In this document: positions 39,671 through 52,064 of the stretch, piece by piece
How positions within the stretch are numbered: the stretch's first letter is position 1
Layout of the letters: each line of letters begins with the position of its first letter
Assembly (NCBI RefSeq): GCF_036321535.1
Contig: NC_087437.1
Coordinates: forward strand, 98,334,001 to 98,398,000
Source: Camelus dromedarius
Taxonomy: Eukaryota
Reading direction: 5' to 3'
Length of the DNA: 64,000 nt
The notes under the pieces: generated by a model
Told to the model about the DNA's origin: nothing
The model's database searches: none
Seen by the model: the letters and a program-made list of their open reading frames with translations, nothing else
Translations under genes and position numbers: made by a program

Positions 39671-40119
39671 GAAAATGATATTTAACAAAAGTGGTATTGC
39701 AGGTCATGGAAGTAAGAAGGAATCATTCAGGAGTGCTGAAGCAATTGGTTATTCATTTGAGGGGAAAAAGAAGTTGGATCACTATTGCATAATATATAAA
39801 AAATAAATTCCAGAGGGACTGAAGTTTTAAGTAGAGAAGGTTAAATCTTTAATATTTTTAAAATAAAATATGAGAATATCTTTAAGAACTTAGAGCAGAG
39901 AGAATTTTCTTAAGATACAGAAAGAGTTAACTATAAAGCATATGATTAATAAATTTAACTGCATTATCATTAATAACTTCCATTCATCAACAAATACAAG
40001 CAGGAAAAATGAAAGGATGAACTACAACATCACAAAGCACATTGCCAAAAAAGATTTTAGTATCCAGAATAAATGTGTGTGTGTATCTTATACATTTTAA
40101 TTAAAAATAGGCAAAATGC

Positions 40120-41397
40120 CAACAGGGTATCCCTAATAAGGGGTGTCAGAGCCCAAGCAAGATGAGGCAGGTGTCCTTGGTGGTGTGGAAGGAACAGTGT
40201 GGTGTGGGAGTTAGAGTCCAAGCTCTGGAGGTGTGGTGTGGGGTGAGCAGAACCCTGCACGGCAGTGGTCCAACTCTGGGTTGTCAGTGCTGGAGCTAGG
40301 TGCCCATAAAAAGATATACCTTGTTGTGCAATGTAGGAATCCAAGTGGGGTGAGGATAACTTTGAAGCTCAAATAGAACTGTGGGGTAGGAGAGGGTTGA
40401 TGAAAGTGGCAGACTGACCACATATATGTAAATAATAGGCAAGTTTCTCACTGTTAGAGAGGAGGTACCAAAAGACGAGAGAAAACTTGACTTAATTCTA
40501 TAACACGGGAATGAAATTGGAGGCAGCAGCGTGGACGAGGAACGGCGTGTCAAAAGGACACAGAAGCCAACTGGAAGGGGATTCCACTGGCTAAATCAGG
40601 GTAAGGTGAGCTTCAAAATAAGTAACAATAGTAATGGACTATAGTTCATTGAATAAAATTCATAAAATAAAGTCATGAGCTCATAGTGTATAAATTAATT
40701 AATTAAATTAAAGTTTGATCAAGAAGGGGTTATTTATAGTTTCAAAGCACCTCCATACAAAATTGTTAATTACAGAGGAAAAATGAGTAATTTCAGACTA
40801 GAGAAGCCTGGCCTGAACCAAGCAATCTAAGTGAAGATCAACAGTAATAGGTCAAAATGAAATCCTGTGCCCATCTAGTAAGATGAAAAGAGAAGACACC
40901 GTTGACAGCTGTGATATTCCTGCCAAATATGCAAAGCCTATACCTAGTCATAAGGTGACAGCAGATGAATCTAAAGGAAGAGACATTGTGCAAAATAACC
41001 GGACTATAGAGTCTTTGAAAGCTCCAAGGTCTTGAGAGTCAAACAAAGACCGAAGAACTGTTTCAGATTGAAAAAGTGGGAAGAGATGTGACAAGTAAAA
41101 TGCAAGGCATGGTTCTAAACTAGATCCTTTTACATTATTGTAACATTATTGGGGTGACTTGTGAAAACTGAATGAGATCTGAGGTTTAGATGATAGTAAT
41201 GCATCAATGTTAATTTCCTGATTTTGATGGTTTTATTGTGGTTTATAGAACAATGTCCTTGTTTGTAGGAAACATACACTCCTTGAGGGTGATGGGGCAT
41301 CAAGTCAAATCTTTAGGGGAAAAATTTATCTTTATTGTACTTGCAACTTTTCTGTAAAGGGGTTATTATTTTAGAATTTAAAAGTATAAAAAATAAA
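40120..41397 (+). mobile_element. L1MC3/4-type long 3'UTR inserted in the L1ME element
   Basis: G-rich 5' part, then 'aatagtaatggactata', 'ctgtgatattcctgccaaa', 'gaactgtttcagattga', 'gcatcaatgttaatttcctgattttgatgg', 'attgtacttgcaacttttctgtaa'. Confidence 0.8.
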
Positions 41398-43849
41398 TGC
41401 ATTCAATGCATGGTTTTAAGTACATAATGGACAAAAGATATGAATAAACATTTTGTGTAAGAAAACCACCAATGGTATCACATGAAAAGAAGTTCAACTA
41501 ACTTCATTAGCAATCACAGAAAAACAAATTAAGACCATAATAAGATGCCATTTTGCAGCCACTAAATTAGGAAAAGTTAAGAAGCCTGAGAATTCCAAGT
41601 TTTGGCAATGATTTGGCTCAATGGGAGCTTCTGATACATTACTAGTGGAATGGAAGTTGGTCCAGAGACTTCAGAAAACAATTTGGCATTACTTCATATA
41701 ACTGAACATTCTCTACACTTCTACTCTTAGGTATGTGGCCTACAGTCTTGCACATGTGCTCCTGTAAACATAAAAAAGAGCACTGATATTAGCAAAGCTT
41801 GTAGTTTACTTACACACATACACAGGTATCTGTATTGATGTACAGACACATCAATAAAGATATATCGAAAACAAACAAAACAAGCAAACAAAGCACCCAA
41901 CAACAATAACCCAGATGTCCATCACCAGGATAATAGTAAATAAATTCATACAGTGGAATATTACTCCACAGTGAAATAAATGAACTGCAACTCCATACAA
42001 CAATATAGATTTCAAAGAAAACACCGTGAATGAAAAAAACAAGTCTCAGAAGACTACATACAGAATGCTGCCATTTTTATATCACAAAAAAGTAAAATTG
42101 AACAGCATATTACTTAAGGAACCATGCAATAAAAGCAGTATTATTAAAAAGAAAGTAATGATTAACACAAACTGAAGAGTAGTCCAGGGCTGAGGGAGGG
42201 CAGTAGGGGTAAAAGCTAGGCCAGGAGAGGCCCATGCGGAGAGAGGTAAGTGTGTTGGTAAAGTTCTGATTCCACTTCGGTTGGGGTTTCTCGGGAGATC
42301 ATTTTGATATTGTGCTTCATAATTTAAAATACATCCCTTGTTTACATCATTCTTGTTTACATAATAAAAAAAAAGTGAGCTGCTATATTTGGCAAATCAG
42401 TTTTACTTTGACAAGAATCTTGTTTAGGTAAGCATCTTAACAATTTGCACACATGAACAAATACTAACTGCTAGGCAAAAGATTTTCCCAACTCTCCTTT
42501 TTAAAAAACAAAAACAATGGCATACATAAGGAAATACACTTCAAAGAACTTGAAAGCAAATTTGTGGCTGAAAACTTATAGCTTGGTCAAAGAATGAGCC
42601 TAATTCACATCCACCGTCAATTTGGTCTCAAATGAAACTAACAATGCTTGCTTAATTACTGCAAATTTGCAGAACTCTCTCATGGGAGATGGTCATTTTG
42701 CAAAAATTATTTAACACGAGAAATAGGTAAACTAAAGAAATTCAGTATACTTTATGTTCTGAACAAACAGATTTCCCCTCTAAATATAAGTATTTTCCCT
42801 CATTGGTCATGGGGCCAGTGGTCACATAGTCATTTATGACGGTTCAAGTGTGATAAGAAAAGCCTAATCCATCTTACATAAGAGCAAAATTTCTTTACTA
42901 ATAAATAATTTCCTGTATTTATTACACAGTACTCCTACCTGACAAAACAATTATAATTCAATTTTTTCAACAACCTTGCACTATAGATAGGGCACATTTT
43001 ATCGAGCAATACCAACTTCATGTCGTATAATTTTTTTCCAATTTTACAATAAATTAAAATGATAATGATGTTCTAAATCAAATTTTCTACCTAAATATTT
43101 CTTGAGTACCTATGATATGAAAGGTGCTTTGCAAGGTGCTTCTCAGCATTTTATGTGATGCACACAGACTGAAAAATCTCAGCTACATGCTGTGTACTTG
43201 TTAAATGCAAATAAGTACAATAATCTGGTTAAAAGACATCTTGGACTAATTCCTCCTCAAAAGAAAAGCCATTCATCCCTGATAAACTCACTTAAGATAT
43301 ATTGTACTGAGTCTTCCTCTTGACTTGGATCACTATTGAATGACATGGCTGAGCATTAACTACAGCTGCACAATACTGAGGAGGTTGGGGTAGGGGAAGA
43401 TAACCTATTCGTTAACCACACACATCTTTACAAGGATCACTGATTGCATCATGTTTCGGAGGGAACAGACATACACTACGCCCATATCATTGGTCCTTGT
43501 GATGTATTTATTTCCTTTTTTAATGTGTATGTTTAACAAGGTTTGGGGCTTCAAAATTGAGGCACTGACACAAAGAATAAATACATTTCATATGGAATTT
43601 TTGGAACTAAAATTACAGTAGGCACCAAATAAATACTCAGTGTATAAATGCTTCTTGTTTGAATACTCTTAAAATTAGTTCTGGTGTTTCCCTGTATTTG
43701 TTCAATGGAACATAAAATACTCCTCCTCCCAGCATTAACACTTTATTCCTCCTTTTTGTATTCTCTCTTTATTGTTTTTAGTTATTGTTAAAAGCCATTT
43801 CCTGTGATTACTGGCAAAAGTCATCTTTAAAAAAAATACATATTGATCT

Positions 43850-44600
43850 GTCTTCAAGAAATACATATATAATTGTTTATTTGACATCTCAAATTTCATG
43901 TCAGTAACTATGTTCCTACACTTCCTAATCTCAGATAATATCAACTCCATTCTTCTCCTTGTTCAGGCTGAAACCCTGGCGGCAACCCTCTCCCACTCAG
44001 TCTAATTCTACAGCACATTCTATGGGCTTTGTCTTAAAAACATCCAGAATCCAACTACTCCTTACTGCCCCTTTCAAGTCTCCATCATTCCTCCTGGATT
44101 ATTACAACAGCTTCCTAACTGGTTTCCCAGCTTCTGCTTTTAATACCCTCTTTGGTCTATTTAACACAACTGCCAAAGTGATTCTGTGAAAATGTAATAT
44201 TGGGTCACTCCCCTGCTCAAAATTGCGTCGTGGCTTCTCCTCCGGCCTCACCTCCTGTCATTCCCCCTTATCCACCCAACTCCCACCACAGGGCCTCTGA
44301 CTGGAAAACTCTTCTCCCCAGAGAGCTGCATTGCCAGCTCCCACAGCAACTCAGCCTTGACTCATGTCAGCTTCTAGGTGAGACCATCCCTGGACTTAAT
44401 CTGAAATTTCACACCCACTCCATCCAGACCTTCCATGCTGCCCTCTCTGCTCCAATTTTTATTTAGCACTTGTCAGTGAGATACAATGAAGCTGAATTGC
44501 TTTATCTTTTTATCTCACCAATAAAATGTAAGCTCCAAGGGGACAGCATTTTTTCCCCCTTTTGTTCACTGCTCCATCCTCAGTTTCCTGAAATGTGTTA
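43850..44600 (+). mobile_element. L2a 3' region
   Basis: 'catctcaaatttcatgtc...aaaacatccagaatccaactact...cctggattattacaacagcttcctaactggtttccc...gtcactcccctgctcaaa...aatgtaagctcca...ttttgttcactgct'. Confidence 0.85.
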
Positions 44601-44840
44601 AGTCAAACTAAAATGAAGATGGCTGTCAGGTGTCCTCCCCTGTTTCTACGCTGTGTGCCTAGAGAACATGGAATATGACAGACAACAAGATCTCTCAATG
44701 TGATTCACATATTCTCATAGGAATAACCATGTAAACAGTGTGTTTGTTCTTAACTAAGAATTAAAAATAAACATAAGACTGAAGCAAAGGTATTCTAAAT
44801 ATAGACCTTTAATATACTTCAAATAATAAAATTATATTCT

Positions 44841-44935
44841 GAGGGGAGGGATACAGCTCAGTGGTAGAGCACGTGCTTAGCACACACGAGGTCTTAGGTT
44901 CAATCCTCCATATATCCATTAAAAATATTTTTTTT
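44841..44935 (+). mobile_element. Camelid tRNA-Ala-derived SINE, short form
   Basis: 'ggggagggatacagctcagtggtagagcacgtgcttagcacacacgaggtcttaggttcaatcc' has Pol III A/B boxes, then an AT tail. Degenerate flanking repeat ending 'tattct' on both sides. Confidence 0.88.
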
Positions 44936-45014
44936 GAAGTTTTATTCTAAACCACTATATGCCTAACCAGATTCTGCAAAACTGTTAGTGTTCATCCAAA
45001 GGAAGGAAGTACTG

Positions 45015-45207
45015 TATTCTGAGCCTAGTATGTCTTGAATAAATTATTTAATGGCATAGGGATTTTACATTTATAGGAATTTTCAAAGTTTGTAAGACCA
45101 AACCACACTACCTCCTCGTCAAAGTCTTACAAACTTTGAAAATTCCTATAAATGTAAAATCCCTATGCCATTAAATAACTTACTAAAGACATACGGGGCT
45201 CAAAATA
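45015..45207. repeat. Long inverted repeat: 84-bp arms, 25-bp spacer, inner 55 bp perfect
   Basis: 45044-45098 is the exact reverse complement of 45124-45178. 45015-45043 pairs ungapped with 45179-45207 at 23/29 positions. Confidence 0.97.
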
Positions 45208-45665
45208 GAAGATATAAAAAATTAACTTCATACAGGATAAACTTAACTCTATACTTAATATAATACTCATAATATATTAGCAATCTTTTATTAGCTGTCA
45301 TGTTGAGAAATTACTGGATGAATTACAACTCTAAAAAAATTACTGAAAGCTACTGAGAAAAATAGAGTTTTCCTTTAAAATCTTTTTGCCATATTCCACA
45401 ATAGTAAACAAAAGCAATACAAATTATTCTCTTAGTGAAACTTTAAAAAGTAGTCATGAATCAACTGAAGTCTTTGGTCCAGAAAGCATACCTCATCACC
45501 CTAAGGTTGACTGACCTCTGGTACAGTCCTCACCTCCTCCTGCTCTACCTTACTTCTTCTTTGGGTCACTCTACACACAGGAAATGTAGCGGGAAGGAAA
45601 ACAGATACAAGAATAAAGACTGGATTAAAAGTACAAAGCCATGGAATGACCACAAAAATGGATGC

Positions 45666-45983
45666 TGTCTTAGGCCACTCAGGTTGCTATAATAAAACTC
45701 CATGGATGGGTGGCTTGAAAACAATAGAAATTGACTACAATTTTGGAAGCTGGGAAGTCCAAGATCAAGGTGAGGGCAGACTGTCTGGGGACAGCCTGCT
45801 TCCTGGTCCACAGAGAGCCATCTTTTCAGTATACCTCAAATGGCAGAATGGAAAAGAGATCTCTCTTGGGTCTTTATCATGACCTAATCACCTCCCAAAG
45901 GCCCCACTTCCTAATACCATTAAGGGCGGGGGGTACATTTGAACATATGAATTTGGGGGGGACCTCACATTTAGACTATAGCA
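45666..45983 (-). mobile_element. MLT1A-type MaLR solo LTR
   Basis: TG...CA termini, 5-bp TSD 'gatgc' (45661-45665 and 45984-45988), and family motifs 'ctgggaagtccaagatcaaggtg', 'tcatgacctaatcacctcccaaaggcccca', 'aacatatgaatttggggggg'. Confidence 0.93.
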
Positions 45984-46224
45984 GATGCAACATAAATATC
46001 TATTTTTACAAAATATAAACTAGGTGCTATTTTTACTTCAAAAGATTCAGGATATTTTAGCATTTTAATTTACGTGAACTAGATAAGCATTATACAAATG
46101 AAAAGGAAAAAGCACTCACTCCCAAAATTCCAACATTAACCATTTACATTAAAAGCCTTCAAAACTGTATTTCCCACAAGTACTCAAGGCCATGTCCAAA
46201 AGGTATGTACAGAATAATAAGGAC

Positions 46225-46412
46225 TAAAAATGACTGTGAGCCAGGTGCCAGGAACTGCATTGTGCTTTCTACGGTTTAATTCCTTTAATTATCAAAACAA
46301 TTCTATAAAGTTATTCCCATTTTACAGACGCGAACACAGAACCTTAGGAGGAAAGATTATTAAGCCAAAATCAACAGTCACTAAGTAAGCGGCAGAGTTA
46401 GGATTCACACTT
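46225..46412 (-). mobile_element. MIR SINE
   Basis: 'ttattcccattttacagacg...cactaagtaagcggcagagttaggattca'. Confidence 0.75.
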
Positions 46413-46654
46413 GTTCAAAACCACCACAAAACAGTGTCTCAATCCTTGACAAATTTAATCCACTCACCTGTAAATACTGTTTTGATTTGACTATTGTTTC
46501 CTAAGGATTTTTTAAAAGCCTCAAATGTATTTCTATACTTTAATGACTCTCAACATGGAATAAAAGTTTTTAAAACAACTATTTCGAGGGTTAATTACCA
46601 GCTATTATGATTAACTTTTATCAATTAACTGGATTGCAAGTAAATACCAGTTAT

Positions 46655-46825
46655 TGACAATAGTGCTAAGTCATGTATTATCTCACTTAATCATTATCTA
46701 TGAAACAGATACTACCCAACTTTACAGATGAAGAAACTGAGGCTCAGAGCAGGGGGGTGACTTGCCCAAAGTCAGGCAGCAGGTAAGGGGCACACTGTGA
46801 TTGAAATTCAGGTCAGTGTGCTTGT
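46655..46825 (-). mobile_element. MIR SINE (MIRb-like)
   Basis: 'tttacagatgaagaaactgaggctcagag...gtgacttgcccaaagtca...gaaattcaggtc'. Confidence 0.9.
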
Positions 46826-47079
46826 ATAATGCATTCCACAAACCACCACCCAATAAAACCTCCAGTGTCAGACCCATTGCCCTGGTTAACTTGTCTCCTG
46901 ATCATTTCATGAAAGACTAACATCTGTTTTTAAATCGCCAAATTTTCTGCACCTACAGCTATGCTGAAGACACAAATATAATTACTAGTCCTTGCTACCC
47001 CCACTAGCCTCTTTAAATAAAAATACACTTCCAGGGTAGTCTAGCTTCTGGCAATTTCTATTAATGAATTCACCAAATA

Positions 47080-47982
47080 CAGTTGACCTCTGAACAACAT
47101 GGGTTTGAACTACATGGATCCACTTATATGTGGATTTTTTTCAATAAATATGCTGGGAAAGTTTTTGGAGACTTGCAACAATTCGAAACAGCTTTTGACA
47201 AACCACATACATAGCCTAGAAATATAAAAAAAATTAAGAAAAAGATGTCATGAATGCATAAAATATATGTAGGTACTAGTCCATCCTTACACAGGCGTAA
47301 GGTGAGTGATATTTAATATAAAATTAATAATGTGTTACTTTCCTGTTTTATAACTTAGCTTTCAAAGAATTATATTACCATACAGACAGTATGCCCCCTC
47401 CCAAACATGCCATAAACATTTTATAACAATTCATTCATTACTGGTAAGCCAGGCCATTGTAAAGCAATCATATTGATTACATTAGGCTACCATTAAAGTC
47501 ATCGTATTGCTGCTTCTTCATTATCAATGCATGAGTTGTTATTCCTGTAGGTAAATATGAGTTTTTCACGTTATCTTTTCACATTTGCTGTCTAGTGTTA
47601 GCAATGCATATAACATCTACAGCGTTGTGTATCACACAAGGCAATACTGATGCAGATACTGACAGACAGACAATTCATCACGGAAACAGATGACACAGAC
47701 TCACCCTGTTGATGAACAGTACTACACAATTGTCTCCTCCTTATGATTTTCTAAATAACATTTTCCTTTCCCTAGCTTGCTTTATGGTAAGAATACAGTA
47801 TATAATACATATAACATACCAAATATGTGTTAACCAATTATTTATTTTATCAGTAAGGCTTCCAGTCAACTGCAGGCTACTGGCAGTTAAGTTTGGGGTA
47901 AGTTAAAAGTAATACTCAAATTTTCAAATGCACGGGGTGGGGAGTTGGTGCCCCAGCTCCTGTCTTGTCCAAGGGGCAAGTG
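47080..47982 (+). mobile_element. Tigger2-family (TcMar) non-autonomous DNA transposon
   Basis: Starts 'TA|cagttgacctctgaacaacatgggtttgaact', ends 'ttgtccaaggggcaagtg|TA' (degenerate TIRs, TA duplication). Contains 'tcagtaaggcttccagtcaac...gttaagtttgggg'. Confidence 0.92.
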
Positions 47983-48819
47983 TACATTGCTTTTGTTACC
48001 ACCACAGCATAAGCACCCTGAAGTTTCCTTACTGGAATAAAGCCTGTTAAACCTTTTTTTCAGGAAAACTCTAGAACTTTTGTAAGTATCAGAAAGCTAA
48101 GGAAATATTGACACTTTAAAATAAATCTTGACCCAGTAAGAACTGGTACTAGGTCTTTTATTTTCTTGCAGTCAGCAAAACTACGAACCTATAAAAATTC
48201 AGAGTAATTAACGGCATGCATTTTGAAGTACTTAGGTTATGTGGTTAGTCACTTTGAAAACTCACACTTTACACTGGAAAAACTTTTTTAACCTGGATAT
48301 GTGAGTGGAAATCACTTTTAAAACCTGTAACTGCTGTACAATGAAAGAAAAAAGCAAGTCTATGTGGGGTTTTACTAATTGTTCTCCAGGGAGAAAAATA
48401 ATTACTGGCTTCTATGCACCTTACTTTATAATTCCGGCGCATTCACAAGCTGCTGTTTCTAACCCTGTATTAATCTAGATCTCCAGAAAAAATTAAGAAA
48501 GACCACTTTAATCACCCAACAGAAACAAGCCACTGTGCACGTGGAGAGCAGGAGTGGAGGAAGTGGAGAGAACCGGGTCAGCAGGTGGCAGATGTTAACG
48601 GTGCAAACTTGAAAGGAATTCAAAAGACCAGGACTTGTGAAAACTCTTAAAGTGGAGTAGAAACAAAGAAAGAAAGATGCAAAATTTGTGGAGGAAAAGA
48701 TCCTAATTTAGAAGGGTGTGCTACTGAGTACACAGTGGTCATCCAAAAACTCATTTCTCTTAAAATAACAGAATTAATAATATTGTCAATAATATTTTAT
48801 GTTTCTAGAACGTTACACT

Positions 48820-48990
48820 AGTGACCACAAACTTGATTTCCTCATTTACTCTGTGGGATATCCCTGTGATGTCGACTGTATCCTCATTTTACAGATCAGG
48901 AAACTAAGGCTCAGGTTAAGCAATTTGCTAACAGTCTGCACGAAGAGCTGTGAGTCAAATATAAATCTTATGATTCTAAGACCAGCATTT
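48820..48990 (-). mobile_element. MIR SINE
   Basis: 'atcctcattttacagatcaggaaactaaggctcaggttaagcaatttgc'. Confidence 0.85.
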
Positions 48991-50734
48991 CCCACATCAC
49001 ATATTGAACTGTGACCACAAAAGTGACTTCTCTTAAGTGTCTGCACAAGAGGTAAAAGAGAAATATATCCCTTGGGTTATTATTACTATTATTGTAAAGC
49101 AAAGAAACAAAACAACTACTTCTAACTTTTCTCAAAAGAAAACAGGAACGCTATCCCTAATAAATGTTTTGTTTTAAAATACAAGCTTAAAAGCTAATGA
49201 CTAGTGATCATGTGATAAGCCTATTAGAAAAAAGTCTAAATGTTGAAACTTGAGTGTTTTAAATAGTTCACATACATTCGTTTCAAACACTTTTTGGTGC
49301 AAAAAAAATAAAAGCACAACAATCCATATTTTACATTAAATCAACCAAGAGGAAGAGAGGTTATACTATTTTGCAGAAGACTTAAAAGCTAAGATAATAA
49401 CATTCTGTGGTCACCAGACAGAGTTTAAATTGTATGTGACTTTCTAACAAATAGTGTAATGACGTTTTTCACCCTTAACAGAAACTCATGGGAGTACTTA
49501 AATAAAATAAAAATGCTGTCAATTTCTTACTTCCTGAAATTACTGTGAAAATGGCAAATAAGCATGAACTCACTCAGTATTAATATAAAACCTCCATGCA
49601 CATATTTTTAATACACTGTTGTCAAAGGAACTTTAAAAATAGTCCGTCAGGTTATATTCATTTCTATTAGAATAAACACTTAGACTTTCTTTCAGAACTT
49701 TTGTCTGTATTATAAAGTAAAACCAAAGGATCATTTTTTAAAAAGGCTAAACATTTTCTAAACTTTATACTCTAGGGAAATAAAATGAGGGATCTGCATA
49801 CTGCTTAAATATTTCTGGGTGGGCTATAATGTTAACTTCCCAAACCCATTTAGTTGCCAAAAGAATATTATCCGAATTGCACGCCGTATTTTGTTATGAG
49901 TAAAGAAGATTTAGAAACCACAGTTACCCTCTCTTCCTTACACGTTCAGCCTCTGCCATCATTTTATGTCACCAACATCAGAGCATTTAAACACAAGGCC
50001 GTAGTGGGCCCACATTATCAGGGCCTGTTTTACGTGTGATGAGCGTTCGTGGTTTAAGACGCTAGCCTATGACACTCATCTCCCCTTAAACCTCAGCCTA
50101 CCTTGCTCTTTAATGTACAGCTGTCATCAGGTTATACATGACACTCAGATTTTGTCTTTGAGCGGGAAAATATCTCTGAAAATCAGAAATTTGTTCTATT
50201 CGTAAATAGTGTTCTTAGCACTAGAACTATACCCAATCAAATAAAAAATGTTTTCATCATCCCAAATTCAGTCCCGTTTAAAACTTGCACTAGCCAGGGA
50301 AGCTATTTAGTCTTAAATACTCCTAGGAAATAGAATTGACAGGGATGGGGTCACCTTTAAAAAATTTATGGAAATCCGTGAAATGATGCCCTTCAAAAAG
50401 TGTATTTAACCCCAATGTAATTCAATATGAGGAATTGAGGATCAATTTTAGAAAGTTAACAAAACTTTTAAATTCATTCATCTTGGAAACCATTGCATTC
50501 CAAACAGGTAATTCATTACTTTCACCAAAGGTATCTGTATTTTGTTTATTGTTTCAGATGAACAGTTAAGAGACTTATTAGAATAAACATTCAGTTAAAA
50601 TATTAAATCAATCTTCCTATTATTCAGGTAAGGAACATTAAAACAACATTCTAAAACAACATTAAGTTAAGCCAAACAAATGGATATACTCAACAAAATA
50701 CAGTTTGGGTACTATCACAGATCACCCCATAAAC

Positions 50735-51290
50735 AGGAGGCATCAAGCTGGGTGCTTTGTAAATCACAAATTTATAAAAGACATGGTCCCTTCCCTACAG
50801 AAGTTTACAATCGTGCTGAGAATGGATCAGTGTGAAAGGTACTCATCAGCTACTAAAGGGGAATGGAAGAGTGCACTTGTTCCTTTCTTTAGGGCGATCG
50901 TACAAATCACAGGATAGTTAGCATTTTGGTAAAAGAAAACCAGAGGGAGAAGATCACAAGACATCCGAGACAAAGCGGGCAAAAACGCTGATGGTATAAG
51001 AAATGCGCGATTAACATGCCCAAGGATGAGGCAAGTGAAATACAATGCAGGAGCCATATAGAAATAGGACTTGGCCTTTATCTTGTGGGCAAAGGTCTTT
51101 GCATTCAGGGTAATGATTGTTTCTTCAGTAAGTTTTATTGTGCTATAGTGTGTAGAACATACTGGATAATAAAAACTAAAAGGTAAAAAGACCAGTTAGA
51201 AAGCTACTATAGTAACTGTCTAACAATCATGAAGTACTAAGTAAAGTTTGAATCTGGAAGATGGCAGTGGAGAAAGAAAGGAAGAAACCA
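50735..51290 (-). mobile_element. Degraded L2
   Basis: 'aagacatggtcccttccctacagaagtttacaatc' and 'agaccagttagaaagctactatagtaa...gatggcagtggagaaagaaagga'. Confidence 0.65.
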
Positions 51291-52064
51291 AACCTCACAA
51301 TTCTTCCTGTTCTAATGAAAATGATTATAGAAATAGTCATACATATGGTTGCTTGCTATTGTGTTGAATACATGAAGGCATAATATAAAATTCAAAACTT
51401 CCAAACAGATTTGCAGGAAAGATTTTGCTTAAATCATCTCATAAAGTCAACTACTCTAAAATGGAATAAATGTATATAACATCTCCTCTGAATGTATTCT
51501 AGGGTAGATATACCATTTCTTAATACTGTAAATCTTTGATTACATGCTATACTATTTTAAAAACATTCATTATAGGTAACCTAAAAGTGACACTTTCAAA
51601 AACTACAATTAGAAAATATCTGTATAAAATGGAAAGACAACCTACACTTTACTATATAGAAATTACTTCTTAAAAATTATCAAAGTGTGCCTGATTTGCA
51701 CTAATTTTGAGATAACACAATGAATGTCTCTATATTTAACAGAAGCACAAGATCTCTCTTGTAAATGTACTTGTCAAATTGATTACCAATATTTTATGAC
51801 TCAAATGGAAAAATACACATATGTATACTCCAAAGCTAAATTACCTGACCATAACAATCCACCCTATTTTTTGAAAACTTCATATCTACATATTACTTTT
51901 CATAGGGATATATGTATCAGTTTGATGAATAAACTACTTGCAACTAATTCAAGTTATCAAAATGTATTATTACAAATATAACTGAAGATTTTTGTTTTCC
52001 TTTAAATATTCCCTGCCCCATTAAGTCCATAAAGGCAAATTTTCAGGGGTGAAAAATAGTGTAT

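Larger units (their letters stand above)
39050..42375 (+). mobile_element. Long degraded L1ME-type element (ORF2 remnant and 3'UTR), split by two later insertions
   Basis: ORF2-like tracts 'aaaagtcaactgcattttta', 'aaagcaatgccaatctaaatcc...tgattctaaaatttaca', 'ttattataaagct'. Resumes at about 41415 ('aatggacaaaagatatgaataaaca...cccagatgtccatca...catacagtggaatatta') and ends in an A-rich tail. Confidence 0.8.

Noticed and set aside
44843..44918. Apparent tRNA-Ala(AGC) gene
   Set aside because: The 5' extension 'ggggaggg', disrupted acceptor and T stems, AT tail and a related copy with TSDs at 39553 show it is a tRNA-derived SINE.
45099..45123. Hairpin spacer resembles let-7b complement (AACCACAC plus CTACCTC)
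   Set aside because: The central part of let-7b is missing, the match is in the loop rather than the stem, and short matches of this size arise by chance.
46461..46480. Minus-strand CAG|GTGAGT as a recursive splice site
   Set aside because: No polypyrimidine tract upstream of the AG, so it fails the recursive-site pattern.
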